Origin: Thermodesulfobacteriota bacterium
Lineage (GTDB): Bacteria; Desulfobacterota; BSN033; UBA1163
Length of the DNA: 64,000 bases
Assembly (NCBI GenBank): GCA_049514515.1
Contig: JBEKUZ010000017.1
Span: 1,006-65,005 of the forward strand
Reading direction: 5' to 3'
Positions 47,803 through 58,107 of the stretch are shown piece after piece (position 1 is the stretch's first letter; every line of letters starts with the position of its first letter). The position numbers and the translations under genes were made by a program. The notes under the pieces were generated by a model. It did not search any database. It had not been told where the DNA came from and saw only the letters and a list, made by a program, of their open reading frames with translations.

Positions 47803-48657
47803 GTGAAAGCCATGAACCGAAGAAGAAGAATTTTGCCGAGGCGATGGTATCCTATTGATGGAAAGGATTGTAAAAGAGAGATCGAATCTTATCTGGAAGG
47901 ATGGACACCCTCTCGACTTCCTGCGAGCAAGGGATTGGGTGGAATCGTCCCTCACGCAGGATGGTATTTCTCCGGAAAGCTTGCCGCAAGGGTGTTCTAT
48001 ACGTTGAAATTAAACAGTAAGGCTGATGTCGTTGTTCTTTATGGGGGTCATCTTTCCGCTGAAGACTTCCCCCGGATTGTGACAGAAGAGGCCTGCGAGA
48101 CGCCTTTTGGTGATATGGAGATTCATACACGCTTTGTAAAGAAACTCATGGAGAGCATGGATATGGGAAAAGAGGGCTCAACCAGCGGAGACAATACGAT
48201 TGAGATTCAGCTGGCCATGGTGAAGTATTTTTTCCCCGAGGCAAAGCTTATCGCCATCCGGTCTCCTCTGTCGCTTAAGGCAGAAACATTAGGGAAAGAA
48301 GTCGCGGCCATTGCAAAGAAGGAAGGCATTTCAATCCTTGCGATTGGATCAACCGATTTAACTCACTATGGGCCTAATTATGGGCTTTTGAGGAAAGGGG
48401 TTGGCCCTGCTTCTGTGGAGTGGGTCAAGAAGGAGAACGATAAGGGATTTATTGACCGAGCCTTGAGCATGGATGCAGAGGGCCTGCTGAAACATGCCAT
48501 GGAAAATGATAGCGCCTGCAGTGCAGGAGCTGCCCTTGCCGCCGTGGCTACCTGCAAAGTCCAGGGATCAGAAAAAGGAGTGCTTCTCGACTACTACACC
48601 AGTTACGACATCATGCCAGACGATAGTTTCGTAGGGTATGCAGGAATCGTTTACTAA
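47803..48657 (+). CDS. Memo-like / AmmeMemoRadiSam system protein B family
   Basis: Hallmark PHAGWYFSG motif with the His residues of the LigB-like fold. A start at 47812 is possible. Confidence 0.7.
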   Translation: MKAMNRRRRILPRRWYPIDGKDCKREIESYLEGWTPSRLPASKGLGGIVPHAGWYFSGKLAARVFYTLKLNSKADVVVLYGGHLSAEDFPRIVTEEACETPFGDMEIHTRFVKKLMESMDMGKEGSTSGDNTIEIQLAMVKYFFPEAKLIAIRSPLSLKAETLGKEVAAIAKKEGISILAIGSTDLTHYGPNYGLLRKGVGPASVEWVKKENDKGFIDRALSMDAEGLLKHAMENDSACSAGAALAAVATCKVQGSEKGVLLDYYTSYDIMPDDSFVGYAGIVY

Positions 48658-48660
48658 CGG

Positions 48661-48897
48661 GTGCCAGCGAGGATTCAAGCTTACAGGGAAGATTATGTGC
48701 TAGAAGGGAATGGGATTAAAGAGATGCAAAAATCACGCGTATTCGCCCACGATCATTTTGCAGTACGGCGGCCTCTCATGCCTTTTTCAAGTGTTGCTTT
48801 CGAGCCCACTCCCATTGGAATCTTGGAGGTCGAGGGCGGGTTGAGAGTAACGGGCTGGATCCCGAAAGTGGATTTGAAAAATATCCCTGGGGGGTGA
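48661..48897 (+). CDS. Hypothetical small protein (weak call)
   Basis: GTG-initiated 78-aa ORF 4 nt after the Memo-like gene. No clear SD and no recognisable motif. Confidence 0.2.
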   Translation: MPARIQAYREDYVLEGNGIKEMQKSRVFAHDHFAVRRPLMPFSSVAFEPTPIGILEVEGGLRVTGWIPKVDLKNIPGG

Positions 48898-48989
48898 AGA
48901 TGCGAGCTTCCCCGCAAATACTTCCCGATGGCAGAATCACCATCGTCCTTGTGCCGAGTTAGAAAATTTTAGATTTCGGTAGGTTCAGC

Positions 48990-49304
48990 TTAATAACGGC
49001 CCCTGCCGCCCTGGTTGGATCTTCCCCCCCGGCCGCCTTGACCTGGGGATCCTCCACGGTTCGGGCGAGGCCGCGCTTCATTCACATTCATCTGCCGGCC
49101 GAGGAGCTCTTTTCCATTGAGGTTCGCAATCGCGGTGCGAGCCTCATTTTGATCGGGCATTTCGACGAACCCAAAACCTCGAGGCTGGCCGCTATACTTA
49201 TCTCTCACGATCGTAGCCGAGTCGACCTTTCCGAAGGCTTCGAAGGCTGTTTGGAGGTTTTCTTCTTTCACGTCAAATGATAAATTCCCCACATAAATGT
49301 TCAT
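48990..49304 (-). CDS. RRM-type RNA-binding protein with a Gly/Arg-rich tail
   Basis: RNP motifs IYVGNLS (RNP2) and GFGFVEM (RNP1), and a C-terminal RGG-rich tail. The start was trimmed to MNIYVGNL. Confidence 0.8.
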   Translation of the reverse strand: MNIYVGNLSFDVKEENLQTAFEAFGKVDSATIVRDKYSGQPRGFGFVEMPDQNEARTAIANLNGKELLGRQMNVNEARPRPNRGGSPGQGGRGGRSNQGGRGRY

Positions 49305-49318
49305 CGTCTCTCTCCTTT

Positions 49319-51055
49319 TCAATATTCGACAAAGCTCTTCAATTTCTCTGCTCGGCTCGGGTGTTTTAGCTTCCTCAATGCCTTCTCCTCAATCTGCCGG
49401 ATCCGTTCCCGTGTGACGTTAAAGTCCTGTCCCACCTCCTCAAGCGTATGGTCGTGTTTTTCCCCGATCCCAAACCGCATCCTCAGAATCTTTTCCTCCC
49501 GCTTATCCAGGGTGGAGAGCACGGTCTGAGTCTGTTGGGCCAGGTTGGAAACGATGGCGGCCTCCTGAGGCGAGATGGATCCCTTATCCTCGATAAAATC
49601 CTCCAGGCGGCCATCCTCCTCCTCGCCGATAGGGGTCTCAAGGGAAATCGTTTTTTTACTGACCTTCAGAATCTTCTGAACGTGGTGAAGGGGGACTCCC
49701 ATTCTTTCGGCGATCTCCTCCAGGGTGGGTTCCCTTCCCATCTGCTGAACAAGAGATCGAGAGGTCCGGTTCAGTTTGTTGATGATCTCGATCATATGGA
49801 CCGGGATGCGTATGGTCCGGGCTTGATCCGCGATGGCGCGGGAAATGGCCTGACGAACCCACCACGTCGCATAGGTGCCGAACTTATAACCCCGCTGGTA
49901 TTCGAACTTTTCAACCGCCCTCATCAACCCGATATTTCCTTCCTGGATCAAATCCAGAAACTGGAGCCCTCGATTCAAATATCTCTTGGCAATGGAGATG
50001 ACCAATCTGAGATTGGCTTTGACCAGTTCCGCTTTCGCTTCCCTGATTTTGACCTCTGCTCTCTCAATGGCTGCCAACGCTTCCTTCAGCCGGCGCGGAG
50101 CAAGGCCCCATTCCGCCTCCATCCTTGCCATTCTACGTTTGGCATTTCGGAAAGCCCTGTTTCTCTCCTCGACCTCTTTTCGCTTGAGGTTGACCTTCTT
50201 CATCTTCGGAAACTTCTTATCCCCTTGGGCGGCGATCCCCAGATCTTCATTGATTTTCTTTACGTCTTGTTCGGCGTTTTCCATTTGAACGTGAATTTGC
50301 TTCAGCTTCTGAATGATCTTACTAACCTGTTCTCCCCTTAAGTTGATTCGCTTGAAAGCGTCGAGCACTTCAGTCTGCTTCTTAACGATCTCTCCCCCCA
50401 CTCTTTTCTTGGAGGATTCCTTCTTCATACCCCTCAACTTCTTTTGAAGAAGTTGAATTTTATTTCCTCCCTTCCGGATTTTATCGATGAGGCGGAGAAC
50501 CCTTATTTCTTCAAGCCTCTTTGCTTTGGCCGTCGTCTCCTCGTCGTCGATCTCATTGGTAACGTCATTGATCTTGATCTTCCCCGTCCGGAGGGCCTTT
50601 CCAAGGAGGGTGATCTCCCTGATCGAAATGGGACATTTGAGAACGGCACCGAGGACCTCATGCTGTCCGCTCTCGATCCTCTTGGCCACTTCCACTTCCC
50701 CCTCTCGAGTCAAGAGTGGAAACGATCCCATCTCCTTCAGGTAGATCCGAACAGGGTCGATGATTTTCGCGGGAATGTCCACATATCCAACCTCAACCGT
50801 TTCCTCTTCATCGGTCGTTTGGATATTTTCATACTCTGTATCGACTCCCGGCAATTCAACGAAGAAATCCATGTCCAACTCATCAGACAGGATGCTGGGA
50901 TCTTCGGTCGGCTCGAACACGTAGGATTCTTCCGATCTTTGTTCTTCCAAGCCTTGCCCCTTTTTCCAATTTTCTTGCATCGGATTTGTCTCAGTAAAAC
51001 ACGGTGAAGGTTGTAGCGGGAGAGGACGAACATGGGCGCCCGACAAAAAGGCCAC
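49319..51055 (-). CDS. rpoD: RNA polymerase sigma factor RpoD (sigma-70)
   Basis: Regions 1.2-4.2, including IAKRY, the [17 protein letters not shown] region 2 and a region 4 HTH. The start may be the internal Met at 50980. Confidence 0.9.
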   Translation of the reverse strand: MAFLSGAHVRPLPLQPSPCFTETNPMQENWKKGQGLEEQRSEESYVFEPTEDPSILSDELDMDFFVELPGVDTEYENIQTTDEEETVEVGYVDIPAKIIDPVRIYLKEMGSFPLLTREGEVEVAKRIESGQHEVLGAVLKCPISIREITLLGKALRTGKIKINDVTNEIDDEETTAKAKRLEEIRVLRLIDKIRKGGNKIQLLQKKLRGMKKESSKKRVGGEIVKKQTEVLDAFKRINLRGEQVSKIIQKLKQIHVQMENAEQDVKKINEDLGIAAQGDKKFPKMKKVNLKRKEVEERNRAFRNAKRRMARMEAEWGLAPRRLKEALAAIERAEVKIREAKAELVKANLRLVISIAKRYLNRGLQFLDLIQEGNIGLMRAVEKFEYQRGYKFGTYATWWVRQAISRAIADQARTIRIPVHMIEIINKLNRTSRSLVQQMGREPTLEEIAERMGVPLHHVQKILKVSKKTISLETPIGEEEDGRLEDFIEDKGSISPQEAAIVSNLAQQTQTVLSTLDKREEKILRMRFGIGEKHDHTLEEVGQDFNVTRERIRQIEEKALRKLKHPSRAEKLKSFVEY

Positions 51056-51341
51056 AAAGAACTATCGGGAATTCCCTGCGCCTGCCCCCGCGATGGAACG
51101 ATCTCGCTTCCACAATGAACGTTTGACTACTATACACTATCGTCCTCCGAATAGCAAGGCGATTTGTCCTGTCAATTTTTGTTGACACCTTGTTCCCGAT
51201 TTAATACACTTTTATTGGACCGTAGACCACCTGCATTAATTTCAATCCTATAAGGTAAAGGTGGCATTGCTTTTGCACGGTGACCTGTTGTTCATGAACC
51301 ACAGGCCTTGCCCGCAGGGTTCTACAATGAAGGAGGGGAAA

Positions 51342-51668
51342 ATGCCAGAGATCAAAATTACGTTTAGAAAAGCGCCGGACTACAGAATCATTCCTATAAC
51401 GGGTGCTTGGGGTGGTGTGAACCCTCAGGGAGAAATAATTTTTGATCTATTTGTTGAGAAATTAGAAATTCCTGAATCAGTCCAGCTGAAGGTCGAACCT
51501 GGTCGGCCTCCTGTGGAAATCGCAAGAGAGGGTCAGGTTCATGTGCGTGAGTCCCAGATCGGTGTGGTTGTTCGTCCCGATATCGCCCGTTCCCTGGGAG
51601 AATGGTTGATTCAGAAAGCCAATGAAGCCGCTTCTGGCATTGTAGGAGGAGGCGAGGGCCACGCCTAA
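51342..51668 (+). CDS. Conserved hypothetical protein
   Basis: ATG at 51342 with a perfect AAGGAGG SD. No recognised domain (MPEIKITFRKAPDYRIIPITGAWGGVNPQGEIIFDLFVE...). Confidence 0.45.
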   Translation: MPEIKITFRKAPDYRIIPITGAWGGVNPQGEIIFDLFVEKLEIPESVQLKVEPGRPPVEIAREGQVHVRESQIGVVVRPDIARSLGEWLIQKANEAASGIVGGGEGHA

Positions 51669-51851
51669 CAAAAGTCCAAAGGGAAGAGGGCATGCTCTAA
51701 CCGATAGGATGAGTTCACGGTGTGCAGAGTGCTGATACGCACTTTTGCAATGCAAGCGGTAAGTCCCATTCCTTGCTTGTCATTCCGGACTTGATCCGGA
51801 ATCCAGCCTTTTTAACTAGATTAAATTATTAAGTTCGTCCGAGGCCATAAA

Positions 51852-52091
51852 ATGCCTGAAAAAGATGAAAAGATTAAATGGTATTTAAGACCGGTCAGTG
51901 TAATTCTGCTCTTGTTTTTTGTACTTGGACCTCTTGGACTGCCTCTGCTTTATAAAAGCCCTAAATTCAACAAGACATTAAAAGCCATACTAACCATTAT
52001 CGTGGTTCTTTACACATGCTACCTGATCTACGCTACCTTAGAGATTGGAAGACTATTTTACCTGAGGATGGAAGAATTGCAGAAGTATTAA
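51852..52091 (+). CDS. Small 2-TM membrane protein, hypothetical
   Basis: Two hydrophobic helices; 79 aa. Confidence 0.35.
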   Translation: MPEKDEKIKWYLRPVSVILLLFFVLGPLGLPLLYKSPKFNKTLKAILTIIVVLYTCYLIYATLEIGRLFYLRMEELQKY

Positions 52092-52288
52092 AGTAAAGGT
52101 GACATACCTTTGAGAATTCTTAAATTTATGTATTTTTCCAAGGGCTTATATCTGCCCACTTTTCGAGCAAAACGGTGGAGACGGCCTCTTTCAAGAGGAA
52201 GATAATCTAATTCCACAACGACTCAACAATTCTTTGTGGATTGCGCGGGAAAAGCTTTTCAAAACCGATTTTTGTGAAGAAAAATTGG

Positions 52289-52669
52289 ATGAAAGACGGA
52301 GAAAATAAAATTAAACTCCCTGACGGGACCGGGAACTTTGAAAAAAGAAGGCATCCCAGGTTTACTGTTGATTTGCCAATAGAATATCGACGGAGGGATT
52401 TAGTCGACAAATATGTTCGCGTGATGAATGCCAGTGAAAGCGGATTATCGATTTATTTATCCGAACAGATGGAGGTGGGTCAATATCTGAGGACAAAGCT
52501 CTTCTTCCCCTTCGGTTCCGAACTTAACTTCATAGAACTGGTGACGCAGGTTGTTTGGATGGACGTTCAACCGGGAAAAGATTGGGGAGATTACAGGGCC
52601 GGGGTCAGGTTTATTGATATTTCTCCTGCTGACCTGAGTAATCTAAAAAATTATTTGGGAAGCCTTTGA
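52289..52669 (+). CDS. PilZ-domain protein (c-di-GMP-binding type)
   Basis: RxxxR motif (EKRRHPRF) and D-x-S-x-x-G (NASESGLSIY). The start was trimmed to the internal Met. Confidence 0.65.
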   Translation: MKDGENKIKLPDGTGNFEKRRHPRFTVDLPIEYRRRDLVDKYVRVMNASESGLSIYLSEQMEVGQYLRTKLFFPFGSELNFIELVTQVVWMDVQPGKDWGDYRAGVRFIDISPADLSNLKNYLGSL

Positions 52670-52779
52670 GGATAAACGAATCTGAAAATGACCGTGGGAT
52701 GTGATGCACTGGTTAGAGAATATCAGGAAAATCGAGGATTGAAACCCCTTAGCTTTTTGACAACTGCGTATTAATTTAC

Positions 52780-53679
52780 TTACATCAATTCACGATATGG
52801 AGTGGTGGACTCCTTTATTGCAACTTGTTTGAGATCCTTCTTTAAAAGGAATTGTTGCAAAGAGGAATGAGCAAGGCGTTGTTCAAGTGCGGGACCTACT
52901 ATTATCTCATCAATTGGAAAAGGTTCGACGTTGGCAAAGCTCAGCTCTAAATAAGGTAGAAAGATAGACTTCCTAAGCCCGAACGACATCCGGTTATTCT
53001 CTATTGGCTCGGAAATAATTCTCCACTCGCATTCCTCGTTAAATGCCGGGTGCTTTAGCTTGCTCGCTATTCGCGAAAATTCCATAACAAAATTAATCGT
53101 AACCTTTTGCATTATATTTTCAAGATTATCCGGCTCAGCAGACAGTTTCTTTATCAGATCATCGCCCTTTTTAACAATCTCTTCTCTAATAATAGCCTCT
53201 TGTTTTGTCTTGTCATAAATACAGGGTTCTAACAATAATTTATTAGACTTTAACCAAGGAATCAGCAATTCTGGACGGAATCCAATTGAATATCCCCCAT
53301 TAGACGGGCAGTATCCTCTCCATTGGCTTAAGAGGTCTCCACATGGCGAGAAAGAGAAAACACAAACAGGCATTCTGGTTAATACGTCGAACTCAAAATA
53401 TATTCTTTCTATCGTTCTATAAAATAAATCCAACGATTCTTCTGTGTCAAGCGGAGGCACAGGTATGGCACGCTTCTTTTGAAGCCTGTCCTTAAATTCG
53501 GGAGTCAACTTCTTTAAAATATCAAATGAATATTTAAATTCTTGGGTGTCGTTAAGAAAATGAATTTGGCTGGCAAAAAGACAGCGTGATTCCAAAATGC
53601 CTTTCAACCCATCAATAGACGTATAGTGATACAGGCGCTCTGGGAGTTTCTTTTCAATTGTCCGGTTTGGTTCTTCCAT
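52780..53679 (-). CDS. DUF2971-family protein
   Basis: N-terminal LYHYTSIDGLKGILESRCLFASQIHFLNDTQEF matches the DUF2971 signature. Lies in a low-GC segment. Confidence 0.6.
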   Translation of the reverse strand: MEEPNRTIEKKLPERLYHYTSIDGLKGILESRCLFASQIHFLNDTQEFKYSFDILKKLTPEFKDRLQKKRAIPVPPLDTEESLDLFYRTIERIYFEFDVLTRMPVCVFSFSPCGDLLSQWRGYCPSNGGYSIGFRPELLIPWLKSNKLLLEPCIYDKTKQEAIIREEIVKKGDDLIKKLSAEPDNLENIMQKVTINFVMEFSRIASKLKHPAFNEECEWRIISEPIENNRMSFGLRKSIFLPYLELSFANVEPFPIDEIIVGPALEQRLAHSSLQQFLLKKDLKQVAIKESTTPYRELM

Positions 53680-53876
53680 GTTAGCGCAAAAGCGGGTAGC
53701 TTATATCTGGAAGGAGTCTATACCTTTTGGAAGAATTTGTCAAAACTTGGTTGGAGCAAATAAGGAAAGAAAAGTTTTCTAGATAGGATCTTTCAAATCG
53801 GGTCGGAACAAAAAGCTTGACGAAAGAAATAGATTGTGTATGATTGACTCACAAGATGAAGGGAGGTTATGTGCCC

Positions 53877-54035
53877 ATGACGATGAAACGGATGAACTTC
53901 TATTTGGCAGGTTTACAGATAAAGAGGTTGAAAGCGATCAACAAAAAAACTGGCCTTCCACTGTCAGACATTTTAAGACGAGCGATTGACCAGTATTGGG
54001 AAAGGTTTGAAAAGAAAGGAGGCATGAAAGCATGA
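53877..54035 (+). CDS. Ribbon-helix-helix (CopG/Arc-like) small DNA-binding protein
   Basis: KRMNFYLAGLQIKRLKAINKKTGLPLSDILRRAIDQYWERF has the RHH beta-alpha-alpha pattern. A GGGAGG SD lies 11 nt upstream of the ATG at 53877. Confidence 0.55.
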   Translation: MTMKRMNFYLAGLQIKRLKAINKKTGLPLSDILRRAIDQYWERFEKKGGMKA

Positions 54036-54400
54036 AAAAGATCATATTGGTTCTATTGCCTATGGCCATTTTGAGCGGATGTACTCACACTCTTACAAGG
54101 GTTGAAAGAAAGTATGGAAGCCCTGCAAGAATTGAAATTGAATGTATTGCTGGCGCTATTTGTGACGAGAATACTTACTACAACAATAAAGATGCCGTGA
54201 AATATATTTATTGGTTTTACTACTGGAAAACGAGCAGATTGCTCCAACCATGGGATAGACAAGAATGGTGTTGGGAAATTAAGGCCGATAAGAATGGTAA
54301 GGTTATTTCCCAAAGTGAATACATAGAACAGCAAAATAAGGTGAGATCTGCCAGAGCTCCGGTTCAGGTAAGAGGTGGAAAATTACCAGGGGCCGAATAA
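54032..54400 (+). CDS. Lipoprotein, hypothetical
   Basis: Lipobox LLPMAILSGC. The ATG overlaps the stop codon of the RHH gene. Confidence 0.5.
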   Translation: MKKIILVLLPMAILSGCTHTLTRVERKYGSPARIEIECIAGAICDENTYYNNKDAVKYIYWFYYWKTSRLLQPWDRQEWCWEIKADKNGKVISQSEYIEQQNKVRSARAPVQVRGGKLPGAE

Positions 54401-54638
54401 GGGATTGACCAAAGAAAATAAGAAAAGAAGTGACCTGAATAGCAATCGCTCTTGATCCTAAACAAATCGTTTCCTCTGATGAACTCCTCATGTCCCAGGT
54501 AGTCTCTCAGGAGGCCGTTATCCGGTCACTTGTGGAAAAGGGAATATTCAGCAAAGAGGAGTTTTTAAAAATGGTGAACATGGTAAATCTCGAAATCGCG
54601 AAAATGGTGTAACAAGCCTGGAAAAGGGGTGAGACGCA

Positions 54639-55052
54639 GTGAAATTCAGGATTAACCGAGCGGAGCCAATGATTACGTGGCCTGAGAAGTGCGTCTGGTG
54701 TGGAGGCAAGCCTACATTGAAATTTGAAGATTCTGGTACGGGCTTTGTTGGAAGTGGGTTTTATCGCCGGACCCGGGGAAAGGTGGTGGTTTACTATCCG
54801 CTATGTAAAAGGCATGGGTTATGGTTAAGTGTTTTACAGTCAGTATATCCGATTTCTATCTATGCGGTGATTCTTAGTTGGTGGATTCACTATTCGCTTT
54901 TCTGCTTGCTTCTCGGCGCAATATTTTTTTGGAATCTCTTCGTGAGACCAGTCAGGATCAAGAAAATAACCAAAGACTTCTATACATTGAAAATTCGGAA
55001 GAGGGATTATGCGAGGGAATTTGCTCTGCTTAATAGCTTAGACCCTTTATAG
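54639..55052 (+). CDS. Hypothetical membrane protein with an N-terminal Cys pair (GTG start)
   Basis: CVWCGG...CKRH Cys motifs followed by two TM helices. Confidence 0.35.
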   Translation: MKFRINRAEPMITWPEKCVWCGGKPTLKFEDSGTGFVGSGFYRRTRGKVVVYYPLCKRHGLWLSVLQSVYPISIYAVILSWWIHYSLFCLLLGAIFFWNLFVRPVRIKKITKDFYTLKIRKRDYAREFALLNSLDPL

Positions 55053-55294
55053 GAAAGGAGGTCCCCTAATTCGTTGGTTCATTGTATGGGGTTTATCATT
55101 GGCAAAGGTGTTTTGGAGAGCATTGTGGGAAATGATTTTTAAGCGTGCGATTGATGAGTATTGGGAGAGGTTTGAAAAGAAGAATAAAAGATCATAAAAT
55201 GAGGAAATGGCTGAGTGATATATAAAGAATTGGCAGGAACATGAGAGGCGTTCGGAGGGTTATGCCAGAAAAGAAGAAAAAGAACGGATCGAAA

Positions 55295-55939
55295 ATGGGA
55301 GGTACTCGTATCTTCCTTGTCCGTCACGGTGAAACCCATTGGAATCTGACGCATCGATTCCAAGGCAGGAAAGACGTCCCATTAAACCAAGAGGGTAAAG
55401 ACCAGGCTCGTGCTTTGGCTTTGACGTTGAAAGATGCGCCCCTTACGGCCATCTATTCGAGCCCTTTGGTTAGAGCTATCGAAACAGCACGATGCATAAA
55501 AGAATTCCACCCGTCAACGCCCTTTATTGAAGAAGAGGGTTTAATCGAGATGGATTTGGGAGAGTTTGACGGAATGGAAGCTGCTTACTGGTTTGCCCAT
55601 TACCAAGATTTCATTAAAGCCTGGCGGAGTGCTCCAGGATGTCTCAAAATGCCAGGTGGAGAAAGCCTCCAGGAGGTTCAGACGAGAGCCATAGATACGC
55701 TGAGGCGCATAAGCAAGCTTTATCCATCTGGGAGTACGTTATTGCTCTGTAGTCATAATTTTGTAAACTGTGCCCTGTTATGCCAAGCATTGGGCTTTCC
55801 TCTCGATAGGTTTCGGGACGTGCATCAGGATACTGCGACGCTCAATATTCTTTATATGCGAGGGCAGCGGTTACGGGCGGAACTGGTGAACGACATATCT
55901 CATCTCAAGAAGTACAAAGGCATCTCGACACACAGATAA
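55295..55939 (+). CDS. Histidine phosphatase (phosphoglycerate-mutase-like) family protein
   Basis: RIFLVRHGETHWN catalytic RHG motif and a conserved His in the C-terminal region (CSHNF). Confidence 0.75.
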   Translation: MGGTRIFLVRHGETHWNLTHRFQGRKDVPLNQEGKDQARALALTLKDAPLTAIYSSPLVRAIETARCIKEFHPSTPFIEEEGLIEMDLGEFDGMEAAYWFAHYQDFIKAWRSAPGCLKMPGGESLQEVQTRAIDTLRRISKLYPSGSTLLLCSHNFVNCALLCQALGFPLDRFRDVHQDTATLNILYMRGQRLRAELVNDISHLKKYKGISTHR

Positions 55940-56090
55940 TCTGCGATGATCTCGACAGAGGTTTCTACGGCAACCACATTCGACTCCGAACATGTGGTCT
56001 TTTTTCAAAAAAACTCCTAATGTCCCGGGAGGCCGTTAGGGAATATTCAGCAAAAATGAATTGTTAGAAATATTGAAGGTGGTAAATCAA

Positions 56091-56822
56091 ATGAAGTCCT
56101 TATCAGGTAAGTTGGGAGTTATTCTTATCGGCCTAATTATCTTTGGATGTGCGCAAGTGTCGGGGGCGGACAAGACGGTTTATCGCTCGACCGGTGCGGG
56201 GTATATTTTTCATCCAAAAGTTTCCAATGGCAGAGCCCTCGTATATTGCCATGGCGGTTTTGGAAAGGTTCGTAACCCGGATTTACCCGATGTCGATTAC
56301 TTTGTCAATCATGGCTGGACAGTCGTTGTCCTGAAATACGAGGAAGAGACCGGGAAACGGATGTCCATCCAGGGGGATATTCAAGAAATAATGGGGGTAA
56401 CTCTGTCTTTAAAAGAAAAATTTGGGAGCGTTGACCTCCTTGGGGTTTCAAGAGGCGGATTTGTTGCATTGCAGACCTTTATAAGACACGGTGAGAAATT
56501 TGGAAAATGCGTTGCCGTGGTGGCTCCCACCCATGTTGAATCGTTGGAGGTAATACGAGAGATGACCCGGGAACAGCAGCAGTATGTTAAGGAATTGGAT
56601 GACCCCGATGAGTATGTCGGGGAAATGTCCCTGGTTGACAGACTCGAACTGGGAAAGAAATTATTGCTAATTTATGGCAGTAAAGATGATGTGGTCCCAG
56701 CTTCCCAAGCGGCGGAATTTTGTGAGAAGACAAAATGCAAACTTATTCTGGTAGACGGGAACCACATGTTATTTTCTAGACAAGAGAATGAAAGACTGGC
56801 GGAAGAGTTTTTATTAAATTGA
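56091..56822 (+). CDS. Secreted alpha/beta hydrolase (dienelactone-hydrolase / peptidase S9-like)
   Basis: Signal peptide, and a nucleophile elbow GVSRGG with downstream Asp/His (GSKDDVV, GNHM). Confidence 0.6.
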   Translation: MKSLSGKLGVILIGLIIFGCAQVSGADKTVYRSTGAGYIFHPKVSNGRALVYCHGGFGKVRNPDLPDVDYFVNHGWTVVVLKYEEETGKRMSIQGDIQEIMGVTLSLKEKFGSVDLLGVSRGGFVALQTFIRHGEKFGKCVAVVAPTHVESLEVIREMTREQQQYVKELDDPDEYVGEMSLVDRLELGKKLLLIYGSKDDVVPASQAAEFCEKTKCKLILVDGNHMLFSRQENERLAEEFLLN

Positions 56823-56937
56823 GTAAAGCAGTTTAACGTAACTCATTGATTCATGGTACGGAACGAATCAAAAATTGACAGCGACCTTGGAAAGTGGTAA
56901 AAAGTCTTCAAGGGTGATTATGTCTTTTCGGTAGCCT

Positions 56938-57014
56938 GGGCGATTAGCTCAGTTGGATAGAGCGTTGGTCTCCGGAACCAAAGGCCGTGGGTTCAACTCC
57001 CGCATCGCCCGCCA
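56938..57014 (+). tRNA. tRNA-Arg (anticodon CCG) with encoded CCA
   Basis: Cloverleaf read directly from the sequence: acceptor stem GGGCGAT/ATCGCCC; D-loop AGCTCAGTTGGATAGAGC; anticodon stem TTGGT/ACCAA with loop CTCCGGA; T-arm GTGGGTTCAACTCCCGC. Confidence 0.85.
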
Positions 57015-57043
57015 TTTTAAGAGCTACGGAAGGTGTATCGATT

Positions 57044-57478
57044 ATGAAAAAATGGATCGGTCCTTTCATATCATTATTTCTGATTCTTTTCTTGGGAATT
57101 GGTTTGGTTTACGATTTCTTCCCCATTGCGAGAAAGACGTCACCCAAAGAAATAAGATTAGAAGCGTACCAGGTTGTCCCCATCCTGGATGAGGGGGAAA
57201 AAGGAGAAGCAGACCCTCACATGCTCCAGCTTTTGAAAGAAATACAGAAGAAGTTGGATGGATGGCTAAAATCGCTTAACGAAAAGATTGAAAGTGAGGA
57301 TATCAGCCGTTTTAAGGTTCGTTTTTTGGAAATTTGGAGAAATATCTTGGAATGGGTAAAAGAGAAGGTCGATGCAAAGATCGAATCTTATGAGAAAGAA
57401 AAACCCAAAAAGCAGCCGGGAAAAGGGCTATTTCCGGAGACGTATCAGGAAATTCGGCCCTTCTCTAAAATGGGATGA
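57044..57478 (+). CDS. Small secreted protein, unknown family (paralog of 43015-43431)
   Basis: MKKWIGPFISLFLILFL signal/TM segment, then the conserved core DPHMLQLLKEIQKKLDGWLKSLNEKIESEDISRFKVRFLEIWRNILEWVKEKVDA. Confidence 0.55.
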   Translation: MKKWIGPFISLFLILFLGIGLVYDFFPIARKTSPKEIRLEAYQVVPILDEGEKGEADPHMLQLLKEIQKKLDGWLKSLNEKIESEDISRFKVRFLEIWRNILEWVKEKVDAKIESYEKEKPKKQPGKGLFPETYQEIRPFSKMG

Positions 57479-58107
57479 AGGAAGAAAGAGTATTTATTGC
57501 GTCTAACGGGGTTCAATTAGAAGGCCTCTTGAGTATTCAAGAGGCTTCTTCTTTTAAAGGCGGAGTCATCGTTTGCCATCCTCATCCACAGTACGGTGGA
57601 GATATGGACCACCCAGTTGTTACGACTTGTGCGGAGGTCGCCTCTAAAGAAGGACTTTCCACACTTCGCTTTAACTTCAGGGGAGTGGGCGAGAGCCAGG
57701 GATCTTACGGAGAGGGGATTGCAGAGAGACACGATGTGAAGGCTGCTGCCGACTACCTCTATTCAAGACTGAAGGACGATCATCTTCCGCTTATTTTGGT
57801 AGGGTACTCTTTCGGAGCCTGGGCAGGTTTCCCCATTGTCGTCGAGGATGAAAGATTTGGAGGGATGGTAGCCGTGGCTCCCCCTCTTGAGATTTATGAT
57901 TTTGGTTTCCTGAAGGGCTGCAAAAAGAAAAAGCTTTTCATTGCGGGAGACAAGGATCTTTTCTGTCCACTCTCTCTTTTGGAGAAATGGTATCAACAAC
58001 TCAACGAACCGAAATCCTTAGCCGTTATTCCCGGTGCAGATCATTTTTTCCTTTTTCACACCCAATATCTCACCGAGCCCCTGAGAGAGTTCTTAAAGAC
58101 CTTTTAG
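57475..58107 (+). CDS. Alpha/beta hydrolase (dienelactone-hydrolase-like esterase)
   Basis: GVIVCHPHPQYGG, a GYSFGA nucleophile elbow, and C-terminal Asp/His (GDKD, GADHFF). The ATG overlaps the stop codon of 57044-57478. Confidence 0.65.
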   Translation: MKEERVFIASNGVQLEGLLSIQEASSFKGGVIVCHPHPQYGGDMDHPVVTTCAEVASKEGLSTLRFNFRGVGESQGSYGEGIAERHDVKAAADYLYSRLKDDHLPLILVGYSFGAWAGFPIVVEDERFGGMVAVAPPLEIYDFGFLKGCKKKKLFIAGDKDLFCPLSLLEKWYQQLNEPKSLAVIPGADHFFLFHTQYLTEPLREFLKTF

